Shown here: piece by piece, positions 1 through 7,882 of the stretch
Layout of the letters: every line of letters begins with the position of its first letter
Numbering within the stretch: the first letter of the stretch is position 1
Virus record (IMG/VR): IMGVR_UViG_3300033150_001293
DNA length: 20,000 nucleotides
Direction: 5' to 3' (one strand)
Source of the DNA: an uncultured virus (IMG/VR IMGVR_UViG_3300033150_001293)
Lineage: Duplodnaviria > Heunggongvirae > Uroviricota > Caudoviricetes
The notes under the pieces: model-generated
Told to the model about the DNA's origin: nothing
Databases searched by the model: none
Seen by the model: only the letters and a program-made list of their open reading frames with translations
Position numbers and translations under genes: made by a program

Positions 1-1865
1 TCCCGCTCGCGCTGGTCCAACAGCTTCTTAGCGCGTGTGATCTCAGGATGATACGGTCGTTCGCCCCCCCGATATTCTTCCACCGTCATTCCTGGCACAA
101 CGGGCATTTCCATCTCTTGCTTGAAACGCATAGCACCAGTCGGCCCCTTGCCACGCATTAGCCGCGTCTCCTCCTTGCGGGCAGCCTCACTTCGCAGCTG
201 GATGTATTTGCCGCGTTGGGCTTCGCGTGCTTGGACCGCCTCGACAATCGCTTTTTCCTGTTCGGCGATAGCCGCCTCGTAAGCGCCGAGCGCCGGCTCC
301 TCAACGTCCCCTGATTCGGCCTGCGCCTCCTTGCGGTCCTCTATGGCCTTTTTCAGCTTGCGCTCCAATTCGACGGCCTTCTCCCGAGCGACATTCATCG
401 CGTCCTCGGCAGTCAACGCCTGCCTAGCTGCTGTCGCCGCCGCTACTTGCGCATCGGAAACCAAACCGACACTCTTGCCATATTCGGTGAGCACGTCCGA
501 GAAACTACGGCCGGCTACCTTTGACTCGGCGAAGGCCACGCCGAGCACGCCCAGCGCCGTCGCAACGGCCATCAACGCCGCAACCAAAATAGCGGCCCAT
601 CCGCCGCCGACAACGGCTCCAATGCCAAGACCGAGCGTAGTTAATCCGGAAAACATTTTCATCACAACCGGGGCGATCACCGCAACGGCAGCGATTCGCG
701 CGGCGAGCTTAGCCCACTTAATCGCCCCGTCAATAGCCTCCGTGTTCCCCTTCGCCACCGCCGACGCGAGCTTCGTCAAGTGATCCGCGGTCTTGCGGAT
801 CTCGGGGATGAGCCTGTCCGCAAACGCGACAGCGACGCCCTCGACCGCCGACCACAGCAGCTTGAGCGACCCGATCAGCGTGTCCAACTGGATATCCGCG
901 ATCCGCTTGGCCGTCCCCGCCGCGCCCTGGAGCCTCGACTCCATCTCCCGGATCGCGTCCCCTCCCTCCTCCAGCATGACGGTGAACGCCGCAACCGCCC
1001 GCGTTCCCGCCAGCATGGCAGTTATGGCCTGCCGCTCCATCGGAGTGAACCGCTGCATCGCGGTCTTCACTTCGTCGACAATCGTCGCCAGGTGCTTCAT
1101 CTTGCCGGAGCTGTCGCCAATCTCCACGCCGAGCAGGGCGAGAGCCTTCTTCACCTCGGACGGCTGGGCCGTGAGGCGGATCAGGATATTCCGCAGCGCA
1201 GTTCCTGCCATCTGCCCCTGGACGCCCGCGTTCGACATGGCCATGATCGCGGCGGTGATCTCCTCGATCGCCTTCCCGCTCGATTTGGCCACCGGCCCGA
1301 CATACTTGAACGCATCCCCCAGCATCAGCAGGTCGGTGTTGCTGGACGTGAACGCCTTCGTGAGCACGTCCATCGTGTGCTCAAGCTCCGTGGCCTCCAG
1401 CCCCATCCCGGCCATCACCTTGGCCGCGATATCCGCCGCCTGGGCCACGTCGATCTGTCCCGCCGCCGCCACGTTCAGTGTGGCCGGCATCGCCTGCATG
1501 ATCTTCGTGGCGTCGAATCCGGCTAGGGCGAAATAGCTCATCGCCTCGGCCGACTGCCGGGCGGTGAACACCGTCGTGCGGCCCAGCGTCAGCGCCTGCG
1601 TCTTGAGCGCATCGAAGCTCTCGCCCGTCGCCCCCGTGAGGGCCTTGACCCTGGCCATGCCCTGCTCGAAGCCGCCCCCGATCTTGAGAGCCCCCGCCGT
1701 CGCGGCGCCGGCAAGCAGCAGGCCGAACTTCGCCTGCCGTGCCACCGCGTCCATCTTGTGGATCGACGCGGTGAGCTGCTGGTGGGCGGACGCCAGCCCC
1801 GCCCTGAAGCCGGCCATGCCGGTCAGGTAGATCGGGACGTAGCCCTCGCCGAACTTTAGTGCCAC
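1..1865 (-). CDS. Phage tail tape measure protein, TP901-family core (partial, runs off left edge)
   Basis: GTG at 1865 with GAGGAG RBS at 1873-1878. Not in the ORF track, consistent with no stop inside the window. Translates MALKFGEGYV...FEQGMARVKALTGATGESFDALKTQALTLGRTTVFTARQSAEAMSYFALAGFD...SNTDLLMLGDAFKYVGPVAKSSG...GVQGQMAGTALRNIL, typical of the PhageMin_Tail/TP901 core. Lies directly downstream of the chaperone pair. Confidence 0.95.
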   Translation of the reverse strand, partial: MALKFGEGYVPIYLTGMAGFRAGLASAHQQLTASIHKMDAVARQAKFGLLLAGAATAGALKIGGGFEQGMARVKALTGATGESFDALKTQALTLGRTTVFTARQSAEAMSYFALAGFDATKIMQAMPATLNVAAAGQIDVAQAADIAAKVMAGMGLEATELEHTMDVLTKAFTSSNTDLLMLGDAFKYVGPVAKSSGKAIEEITAAIMAMSNAGVQGQMAGTALRNILIRLTAQPSEVKKALALLGVEIGDSSGKMKHLATIVDEVKTAMQRFTPMERQAITAMLAGTRAVAAFTVMLEEGGDAIREMESRLQGAAGTAKRIADIQLDTLIGSLKLLWSAVEGVAVAFADRLIPEIRKTADHLTKLASAVAKGNTEAIDGAIKWAKLAARIAAVAVIAPVVMKMFSGLTTLGLGIGAVVGGGWAAILVAALMAVATALGVLGVAFAESKVAGRSFSDVLTEYGKSVGLVSDAQVAAATAARQALTAEDAMNVAREKAVELERKLKKAIEDRKEAQAESGDVEEPALGAYEAAIAEQEKAIVEAVQAREAQRGKYIQLRSEAARKEETRLMRGKGPTGAMRFKQEMEMPVVPGMTVEEYRGGERPYHPEITRAKKLLDQRER

Positions 1866-1869
1866 CGGC

Positions 1870-2145
1870 TCACTCCTCGTTGCGTGGGCGCAGCAGGCCG
1901 CGCTGGCGCATCAGGTCCTTGATGGACGCAGCCCGCTTGTCCGCCGCCTCGGTCTCCCGGCGCATCTTCTGATCGGCCGGCCGCATCCAGCAGTCCAACT
2001 GGTAGTCGGTCATCTTGCGAACCTCGTCCGGCGTGATGCCGTGCTCCATCTTCATGTAGCGAAACACCCGGGGCCAGGGGATTTCCCACGGCGTCAGCCC
2101 GCCGCCTTCCCCGTCTCCGTCGACGGCGGGCCAGTCCCTTTTCCC
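1870..2145 (-). CDS. Tail assembly chaperone, -1 frameshifted C-terminal extension (lambda gpT-like part)
   Basis: The -1 frame entered at the slippery site G GGA AAA (2139-2145) reads GKRDWPAVDGDGEGGGLTPWEIPWPRVFRYMKMEHGITPDEVRKMTDYQL. The 'G.TP.EV..MT..QL' pattern is typical of such extensions. Ends just before the tape measure start. Confidence 0.8.
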   Translation of the reverse strand, partial: GKRDWPAVDGDGEGGGLTPWEIPWPRVFRYMKMEHGITPDEVRKMTDYQLDCWMRPADQKMRRETEAADKRAASIKDLMRQRGLLRPRNEE

Positions 2146-2681
2146 AGCAGGTCCGTTCCGCTCGCCGCGTTGACCGCCTGGTGGAACGCCATGATTGCCG
2201 CGTTTTCCGCCTCGGCCGACAGTTGCTCCATGCTCTCGGCCTTCTCGATGTTGCGGCGGATCATGTCGGCGATGTGCTCGGCGAACAAATCCGAGACTTC
2301 GCTCTCCGTCAAGAACGGCAGGTCCTCCGCCTTCTCGCCGTCCTTGGGAGGCCACTTCAGCGTGCGGGTGCCATACCAGATCGTCCCGGCCCGCGTGCCG
2401 ATCCAGTCCAGCACCTCCGACGGCAGCTTGTCCTGGTTCTCGGTGTCCTTGTCAACGCAAAACTTGAGAAAATCCTTCCGCTCCTCGGGGCGTTCCGCGA
2501 AGTAGGCGGACCCCGCCTTCGACTCGTACAGGTCCATGGCCTTCGGATGGCGGCGGATGTACTCCGTCTCCGCCTCGGGGTAGAACTCCTGTATTCGCCC
2601 GTAGACGATCACTTCCTTGCCGCCGTAGGTGAACGGCATGGGCGTGCCGAACGCCCTCGCTGTCGGTCCGAGCATCGTCAT
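2094..2681 (-). CDS. Tail assembly chaperone (lambda gpG-like position)
   Basis: 195 aa, ATG with GAGGAGG RBS, located between tail tube and tape measure, slippery heptamer near its 3' end. Confidence 0.8.
   Translation of the reverse strand: MTMLGPTARAFGTPMPFTYGGKEVIVYGRIQEFYPEAETEYIRRHPKAMDLYESKAGSAYFAERPEERKDFLKFCVDKDTENQDKLPSEVLDWIGTRAGTIWYGTRTLKWPPKDGEKAEDLPFLTESEVSDLFAEHIADMIRRNIEKAESMEQLSAEAENAAIMAFHQAVNAASGTDLLGKGTGPPSTETGKAAG
2097..2145 (-). promoter_or_regulatory. Programmed -1 ribosomal frameshift signal
   Basis: In-frame X XXY YYZ heptamer G GGA AAA, followed after 7 nt by a GC stem GCCCGCCGTC...GGCGGCGGGC. Confidence 0.8.
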
Positions 2682-2744
2682 TCCCTCCTCAACCGACGGG
2701 AAATCCGGTTGTATAAGGGCGTTTCATGTGGTATATAGTACCGA

Positions 2745-2759
2745 GAAGTGTGTTGCGAG
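2745..2759 (+). repeat. Core motif copy (GAAGTGTGTTGCGAG) abutting the tail tube stop codon
   Basis: Exact 15-mer shared with 14828, 14957 and 15551. The minus strand reads TAG-CTCGCAACACACTTC. Confidence 0.85.
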
Positions 2760-3164
2760 CTACGCCCGCGTCGGCAAGGTCCACTCGCCGTCGCTCTGCC
2801 AGTTGACCGTCACCTCCGTCGGTGGCCCGCTCCGGGCGCTCGGGTTCTCCGCGAGGCTGACGATCTTCGCCGGCACCTCGTAGTAGGCGCCCGGGTCGAG
2901 CGTGTAGTCGTCGTACAGCTTCAGCGTCACTTGCGTGTTACTCACCGGGGCCCTCGCCTCAGGCGGGCTGTCCCGGTCTAGCTTGAGCGTGACCGAGCCG
3001 TTGAGCTGCTGCTGCCCGACCCACGTGTTTTTCGCGCCGCCCCCGCCAAACACGCCCTCCTGGTGGGCGTCGCCCTCCCAGGTGAAACTCCACTCGCAGC
3101 CGTAGGCTTCAAGCCCACTGCCAAGGTCGATGTGGGCGTCTTTACCCATTACTATCCGAGCCAT
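2760..3164 (-). CDS. Probable tail tube (major tail) protein
   Basis: MARIVMGKDAHIDL...WSFTWEGD...WVGQQQLNGSVTL...VTVNWQSDGEWT. Size, beta-strand pattern and position just upstream of the chaperone fit a tail tube. ATG 3164 has a GGAGG RBS. Confidence 0.7.
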   Translation of the reverse strand: MARIVMGKDAHIDLGSGLEAYGCEWSFTWEGDAHQEGVFGGGGAKNTWVGQQQLNGSVTLKLDRDSPPEARAPVSNTQVTLKLYDDYTLDPGAYYEVPAKIVSLAENPSARSGPPTEVTVNWQSDGEWTLPTRA

Positions 3165-3221
3165 CGCGTATTCCTCCACTTGCGGAAAGGTAGTCAGAAC
3201 CGTTCCGCCTTTCCCTCTCGC

Positions 3222-3788
3222 TTACTGGACGCCGGCAATGCCGATGTCGTAGCTGATGTCGCCGCCGCTCGCCTCCGAGCCGCCGTGCTCAATCTGGAGA
3301 ATGTCCTCCGTGCCCGGCGACACGCTGTAGCCGTCCCGCGGAGCGCACACGCCGAATATCCCGTCCGTCCGCAGCGTGATCTGGGCGTCCTGGTCCCCGT
3401 TAAACAGGGCCGCCCAGGCGTTGCCGCCCGCCCCGCCGATCAGCAGGTCCTCGCCGGCCGTCGGGGTCGCCGTCTCGTCGTCCGCGTCGCCCGCCACCAC
3501 GCCGCGGTTGTGGACCGTGAGGATCTTCAGCTCCTTCAGCGTGATCGTGTTGCCGTACTGGTCCGTTAACCCCGCCGCCAAGTCGAGCGAGTCGATCGGC
3601 GACGCCAGCGACAGCGTTCGCCTCGCAACCCACATGCAGTTGCACTGGTTGTCGCCGGTTCCGCTCGTGAACGTCGCCAGGAACCGCTGGTACGAGTTCC
3701 ACTTTTGACCCTCGGTCGCGCCCTCTACGCTGTTTGGGTAGCTCCAGTCGAACTTCGTCAGGAACGTACCCGTGAATGTAACGGCCAT
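3222..3788 (-). CDS. Putative virion structural protein (hypothetical)
   Basis: ATG 3788 with GAGGAGG RBS. Acidic and Gly/Thr-rich. Lies between tail terminator and tube genes. Confidence 0.6.
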   Translation of the reverse strand: MAVTFTGTFLTKFDWSYPNSVEGATEGQKWNSYQRFLATFTSGTGDNQCNCMWVARRTLSLASPIDSLDLAAGLTDQYGNTITLKELKILTVHNRGVVAGDADDETATPTAGEDLLIGGAGGNAWAALFNGDQDAQITLRTDGIFGVCAPRDGYSVSPGTEDILQIEHGGSEASGGDISYDIGIAGVQ

Positions 3789-3834
3789 ATCACACACCTC
3801 CTCGAATAGGGTTGTTTAACCAGTCCGGCCCCTG

Positions 3835-4257
3835 TCACGACGGCCGTTGTCTCCAGTACGTGGCCTGATAGTCGATCGAGCACAGCCAGCAGTCCTCGTC
3901 GGCCTGCTCCTCGGTTTGGCCCGTCTTCTTCATCGTGATGGCGTCAATCCCGTCGGCCGACAGCGACAGGCTGCGGCTGTTGAATACCGCGTTTACCAGT
4001 TTCGCGTGGGCCCGGCACAGCTCCCGCGTCTTGTCCACAACGTGGAACGCGAACGTCTCCTCGACGAAATCCCTCCCGCCGAAACACTCGTCCAGGATGT
4101 TTTCCTGCGGCACGGTCATCGAGCAGTACGGCATCGCCACGTCCGTCGGGGAGCCCACCTCGCCGGCGTGCAGCTTGTCGAACGGGCTGCTCACCAGCGT
4201 GTCCTCCGCATCGAACGCTGCCTTGATCGCGTCGTACAAATCAGCCAAAGCGAACAC
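3835..4257 (-). CDS. Tail terminator / tail completion protein (DUF3168, SPP1 gp17-like)
   Basis: 140 aa. Pattern LYDAIKAAF...L...AMPYC...E.TF.FHV...A..V...F...L and position after the gp10-like gene. Confidence 0.65.
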   Translation of the reverse strand: MFALADLYDAIKAAFDAEDTLVSSPFDKLHAGEVGSPTDVAMPYCSMTVPQENILDECFGGRDFVEETFAFHVVDKTRELCRAHAKLVNAVFNSRSLSLSADGIDAITMKKTGQTEEQADEDCWLCSIDYQATYWRQRPS

Positions 4258-4840
4258 CTCCCCTGGCAGAAAACGCCCTCGCTTCGCTAAACACCAGTAT
4301 CTCGATCCGCCGCTTTTTGCTCACGAGCGTGCTCTCGATATACGGCCGGGGCGCCAGGTGGAAGCCCTTGGCTTCCTTGGCAAACACCCACCAGCCCTTG
4401 CCGGCTTTGAATCGTCCTCTGATATCACGGCCTACGCCCCCGCCCTCCTTGGCGCCCCACACCATGTACTTCTTCCGCTTCGGCGACCGGCTCGGGATCA
4501 CGGCCCCCTTCTCCAGGTACACGCCGTACTTCAGTTTTGTCCCCACCGTCGCCGCCAGCATCTGCCGGTCCGCCGACCAGAAGATCGACTGTGCCAGCTT
4601 CCCCGTGTCCCTCCGCGGCGGCTGCCCCGGCCTGGACCGCTTGAACTGCATCGGACGGCCCTTGCGTTTCCCCTTCCCCGGCCTTCGCCTCCCGCCGCCT
4701 CCCGCCCTGGCCGACTTGCTGATCGCCCGCACGATCGACGTCCGGCCGTAGGCCGCAGCTTTCTTCAGTCCGCGGAACAGCGACGCCTCAAGCCCCCTGG
4801 CTTGCTGGTCGCCGTACCATTTGGCCCTACCCCCCGCCAT
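4241..4840 (-). CDS. HK97 gp10-like neck/tail-completion protein
   Basis: Motifs SRPGQPPRRDTGKLAQSI, VGTKLKYGVYLEKG and LAPRPYI. Very basic protein. Confidence 0.85.
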   Translation of the reverse strand: MAGGRAKWYGDQQARGLEASLFRGLKKAAAYGRTSIVRAISKSARAGGGGRRRPGKGKRKGRPMQFKRSRPGQPPRRDTGKLAQSIFWSADRQMLAATVGTKLKYGVYLEKGAVIPSRSPKRKKYMVWGAKEGGGVGRDIRGRFKAGKGWWVFAKEAKGFHLAPRPYIESTLVSKKRRIEILVFSEARAFSARGGVRFG

Positions 4841-5057
4841 CGGACTCCTCCGTCAGCGGGTACTCGACGTCCGGCCACTCGCGGGCGTCGTCGGGCAGCG
4901 CCTCCCCGAGCGTCGCCGGCACCACGAAGTACACGGGGCCTCGGCACGCCGCCACCGCCGAGTCCCTGTCGGGGAACACGCCCCGGAAATCCCAGATAGC
5001 GCCCGCCGGCGTCTGCTCGCGGAACTGGCCGACGATCCACAGCGTCGTGTCGCTCAC
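4827..5057 (-). CDS. Small hypothetical protein
   Basis: GTG 5057 overlaps the upstream stop (GTGA). 76 aa, LWIVGQF...WDFRGVFPDRDSAVAAC. Good codon style. Confidence 0.65.
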   Translation of the reverse strand: MSDTTLWIVGQFREQTPAGAIWDFRGVFPDRDSAVAACRGPVYFVVPATLGEALPDDAREWPDVEYPLTEESDGGG

Positions 5058-5407
5058 TGATTTCTCTCTCTCTCTTCGCAGTCCACCCGCCATAGCCTTC
5101 CAACCCCGGCCTGGTCCACCGGCTTTCCGATCTGCTCAAGCACCCTGCCGGCCCACTCGGTCGGGACCACGACCACCAAGTGGTCGCCGTGCGAACTCCC
5201 TGGGTCGTCCGCGAAATACACTACGTGCGTGATCACGTACTCCCGCTGGTCCAGCACGAGCGAGTCGTAGCTGGTCCGCGGCTGGATAAAGCACCGCTTC
5301 TGCGTTGTCCCCGAATATGTGAACGCCTGGCTGCCCGCCGAGCCGACCGACGCCGAGCGCGGCTGGTGCGTCACAAGATGCCGGCTGCATTGCGATCGGA
5401 TACTCAT
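5054..5407 (-). CDS. Head closure / head-tail adaptor protein (SPP1 gp16-like)
   Basis: 117 aa with RCFIQP, THVVYF..DP...GD.L and D.AG....W.VDC.E patterns. ATGA overlap with the connector gene. Confidence 0.75.
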   Translation of the reverse strand: MSIRSQCSRHLVTHQPRSASVGSAGSQAFTYSGTTQKRCFIQPRTSYDSLVLDQREYVITHVVYFADDPGSSHGDHLVVVVPTEWAGRVLEQIGKPVDQAGVGRLWRVDCEERERNQ

Positions 5408-6135
5408 AATTTACGACCATAGTGTAGATAAGGGACTAGCAGCTTGCGGCTCTGCTTCGGCAGTCTCGACGCCGCGTCCTCCACGGCGTAAGTTACCGCG
5501 TAGTCCCCGATCTTCTCCGACTTCACGTTGGCCCCTTCGCCCCACGCCGCGAAGGCCCGTTTCACCGCGATCAGCACCGCCAGCTTGACCGGCGAAGCGA
5601 CCCCCGTCGCCAACTGGTCCGCCGTCCAGCCCGCCGTGTACTGGACCTTCACGGTCCCTGGCCTGCTGGGCCACGGCCCGCCGCGCCGCACCACGATCCC
5701 GCTCCGGCACATGCCGCTTTCCCACTGCCATAGCCAGTAGTCGTCCCCCGCCGTTAGCTCCGACGACGCAGGGAAGTCCCCGCTCTGCTGGCCCCCGTAG
5801 GCGTCCGAGTCCTCGTACACCGCCGACACGGCCGTCACGGGCACCTCCGGCAGAATCAGCCGGTTGCCGGCCCCGGTCGACGCGGCCGATATCTCGACCG
5901 CCTTGTCGCCGCGCCTCTCCCACCACGTGCCGAACTCCGTGGCGAACATCCCGCCCGTGTCGACCATCGGCAGATAGTGCGTATACGTCGCCTGCTCGAT
6001 CGACGTGCCGGTGAAGTCCTTGACGGCCTGCTCGATGGGCCCGAGGATCGCGTTCAGGAAGCCCAGCTCCTGGTCCGTTGCGGACCCGCCCTTGCCCAGG
6101 AACGGCAGCACGTCGGCAAAGAGGCTAGTTATCAT
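5404..6135 (-). CDS. Head-tail connector protein (HK97 gp6 / SPP1 gp15-like)
   Basis: ATG 6135 overlaps the upstream stop (ATGA). Motifs LPEVPVTAVSAV, VKVQYTAGW, VKLAVL, KSEKIGDYAVTY and C-terminal LP....LLVPY. Confidence 0.85.
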   Translation of the reverse strand: MITSLFADVLPFLGKGGSATDQELGFLNAILGPIEQAVKDFTGTSIEQATYTHYLPMVDTGGMFATEFGTWWERRGDKAVEISAASTGAGNRLILPEVPVTAVSAVYEDSDAYGGQQSGDFPASSELTAGDDYWLWQWESGMCRSGIVVRRGGPWPSRPGTVKVQYTAGWTADQLATGVASPVKLAVLIAVKRAFAAWGEGANVKSEKIGDYAVTYAVEDAASRLPKQSRKLLVPYLHYGRKL

Positions 6136-6425
6136 CCCCCACCCCCTCTTGGACGCATCAGCAGCAGCTCCCTCTGGCTCTGCCGGATCTCGCGCATGTC
6201 GTCCTTGATCTGAGACAGCATCTCGTTCAAGTGGCTCTTCTGCGCCTCCAGCTCGATCTGGATGCCGCGGCTCCTTGACGACGCCGAGTACGACTGCTGC
6301 GCCGCCCCGAACATCAACCCGGATAGCAGGACCATCAGCCACGTCAGCATCTTGAGCCAGCGCTTCGTGCTGTCGTGGATCTCGTCGCAGCGGGCGACGG
6401 TCTGGTAGAGCGATTGGTCAGGCAT
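6132..6425 (-). CDS. Small membrane protein with one TM helix and a coiled coil (holin/XhlA-like possible)
   Basis: Hydrophobic WLKMLTWLMVLLSGLMFGAA followed by heptad-like LNEMLSQIKDDMREIRQ. Confidence 0.55.
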   Translation of the reverse strand: MPDQSLYQTVARCDEIHDSTKRWLKMLTWLMVLLSGLMFGAAQQSYSASSRSRGIQIELEAQKSHLNEMLSQIKDDMREIRQSQRELLLMRPRGGGG

Positions 6426-6444
6426 CGCGTGTTGTCCTTTCGTG

Positions 6445-6843
6445 TCAAGTCAGTCCGACATCGCCGTTCATCGTTCGCATAAAGTGAACGCACCCCTGCT
6501 CGCACGTCTTGATCGCGTCCGCCGGATCGGTCTCGGAGCTGTCCACCACCGTCACCTCGGCTTCGTACGGCCCGAACAGATCGTCCGTGTCCCCCTGGGC
6601 CAGCCGCACCGTGGCGCTCGCGTGCGTCGCCGATCCGTCGCCCAGCTCCTCGACCGTCACCACCGAGCCGTCGGCCGTCGCCGCCACGGAGTCCAGATCC
6701 AGGTCCGGCGTGCTGGCGCCCCTGCCGATTTTGCACCGCACCACGTCCGACGCCTGGAGTTGCAGGTAGCCCCCGCTCGCCGTCTTCAGCGTGACGGTGA
6801 AGTCGACCGTTCGCCCCGCCTCTGCGACAATTTCAAACGCCAT
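6445..6843 (-). CDS. BppU-N-like beta-sandwich virion protein
   Basis: G.T..FTVTLK..SG..L.L....V...I...VRL...DT..L.G.Y..EV.V.D pattern. AGGAG RBS. Confidence 0.55.
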   Translation of the reverse strand: MAFEIVAEAGRTVDFTVTLKTASGGYLQLQASDVVRCKIGRGASTPDLDLDSVAATADGSVVTVEELGDGSATHASATVRLAQGDTDDLFGPYEAEVTVVDSSETDPADAIKTCEQGCVHFMRTMNGDVGLT

Positions 6844-6844
6844 G

Positions 6845-7042
6845 TCAGGACTCCTTTCGGGTCCAGGTCGTGTCGCCCGGCCCCGCCCTCGCCACCGTCG
6901 TGTCGCCCGGCCCCGCCCGGCTCACGTCCACGCTGCCGGGGAACGACTGGGCCAGCGAACTCACTATATAGGCCGCGACGTGGCCGTGCGCTAGCACCGT
7001 CGGAAGCTGCCCGCCGTATCCACTTGTCTGGTCGATGATCAT
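6845..7042 (-). CDS. Small hypothetical protein with a 10-aa tandem repeat (RAGPGDTT x2)
   Basis: ATG 7042 lies just after the upstream stop and fills the gap exactly. 30-bp-period repeat at about 6867-6918. Confidence 0.55.
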   Translation of the reverse strand: MIIDQTSGYGGQLPTVLAHGHVAAYIVSSLAQSFPGSVDVSRAGPGDTTVARAGPGDTTWTRKES

Positions 7043-7047
7043 TTCAC

Positions 7048-7881
7048 TTACGTCGGTTGCGTCACTATCACTATGAGCCGGTCGTCCGCGCCGCTGGCCG
7101 TGAACCGCAGCACCACCGTGTCCCCGTTCATGTCCGCCGCCGCCAAATTGATCTTGTAGACGCCGCTGCCTATCTCGACTGCCGAGTTGGCGCACGACGC
7201 GAAGGCCGCCCCGTCCAACGATCTCTGGGCCGTCACCGTGAGCCCGGTCTTCGCGCTGACGTGATCCGTCGCGTCCACCATGATGAAGGCGAAGTTGTCT
7301 AGCGCGACGTTCTTCGCCGGCTTCGCAGGCAGGTCCGCCGCAATGGCGTCCAGGATCTCGTCCAGCCGGCCGCCGTCGATCCAGTCCGTCAGTGCTCCGG
7401 CCCTCGCGGCGGTCCACACGGACGCCAGCGCCGCGTTGTCCGTCCCCCGCATCGCGTCCGACGCAACAAGTAGTGGCGTGGCGACATCGAAGAGCTTTAT
7501 GACCGCCGCCGCCAAGTAGCCGGCGGAAGTTTCGGTCAGCGCCGTGCCAAGTATTGACGCGGCATCGGCACGAATGTCGCCGGTTTCCTCCGGAAATAAC
7601 ACCACCAAGTAAGTCAGCGCGTTGGTATTCGTGACCGTGACTTTGAGGACCACGGCGTCGTAGTTCATCTCGGCCGCCGTCAAGTCGATGTACCCAATGC
7701 CGCTGCTGCCAATCTCCACTGCCTCATTGTCGGCATCCCCAAACGCCGCGCCATCCTTGGACAGCTTGCTGTCCTGCCCGGCCCAGCTCGTCACCAACTC
7801 CCCCACACTGTCGCGAATAGCGAAGTAATGGCGGTACGCCGTGTTTTTCTTCGGGACAGGTCTTGCGTCCGAACTCGCCAT
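7048..7881 (-). CDS. Putative virion accessory protein with an internally duplicated domain
   Basis: ATG 7881 with AGGAG RBS. N-terminal SKDGAAF..A.NEAVEIGSSG..YIDLTAAEMN.DAVVL matches C-terminal SLDGAAF....NSAVEIGSGVYKINLAAADMN.DTVVL. Confidence 0.65.
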   Translation of the reverse strand: MASSDARPVPKKNTAYRHYFAIRDSVGELVTSWAGQDSKLSKDGAAFGDADNEAVEIGSSGIGYIDLTAAEMNYDAVVLKVTVTNTNALTYLVVLFPEETGDIRADAASILGTALTETSAGYLAAAVIKLFDVATPLLVASDAMRGTDNAALASVWTAARAGALTDWIDGGRLDEILDAIAADLPAKPAKNVALDNFAFIMVDATDHVSAKTGLTVTAQRSLDGAAFASCANSAVEIGSGVYKINLAAADMNGDTVVLRFTASGADDRLIVIVTQPT

Positions 7882-7882
7882 G

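Noticed and set aside
5385..5396. Ninth copy of the core motif (minus strand ATCGCAATGCA) just after the connector stop
   Set aside because: Only about 7 matching bases, which is expected by chance, although the position is suggestive.
6136..6342. Upstream extensions given in the ORF track (6342, 7417, 7926, 11360, 16437, 19444)
   Set aside because: They overlap neighbouring genes; downstream starts with an RBS or stop-start overlap fit better.
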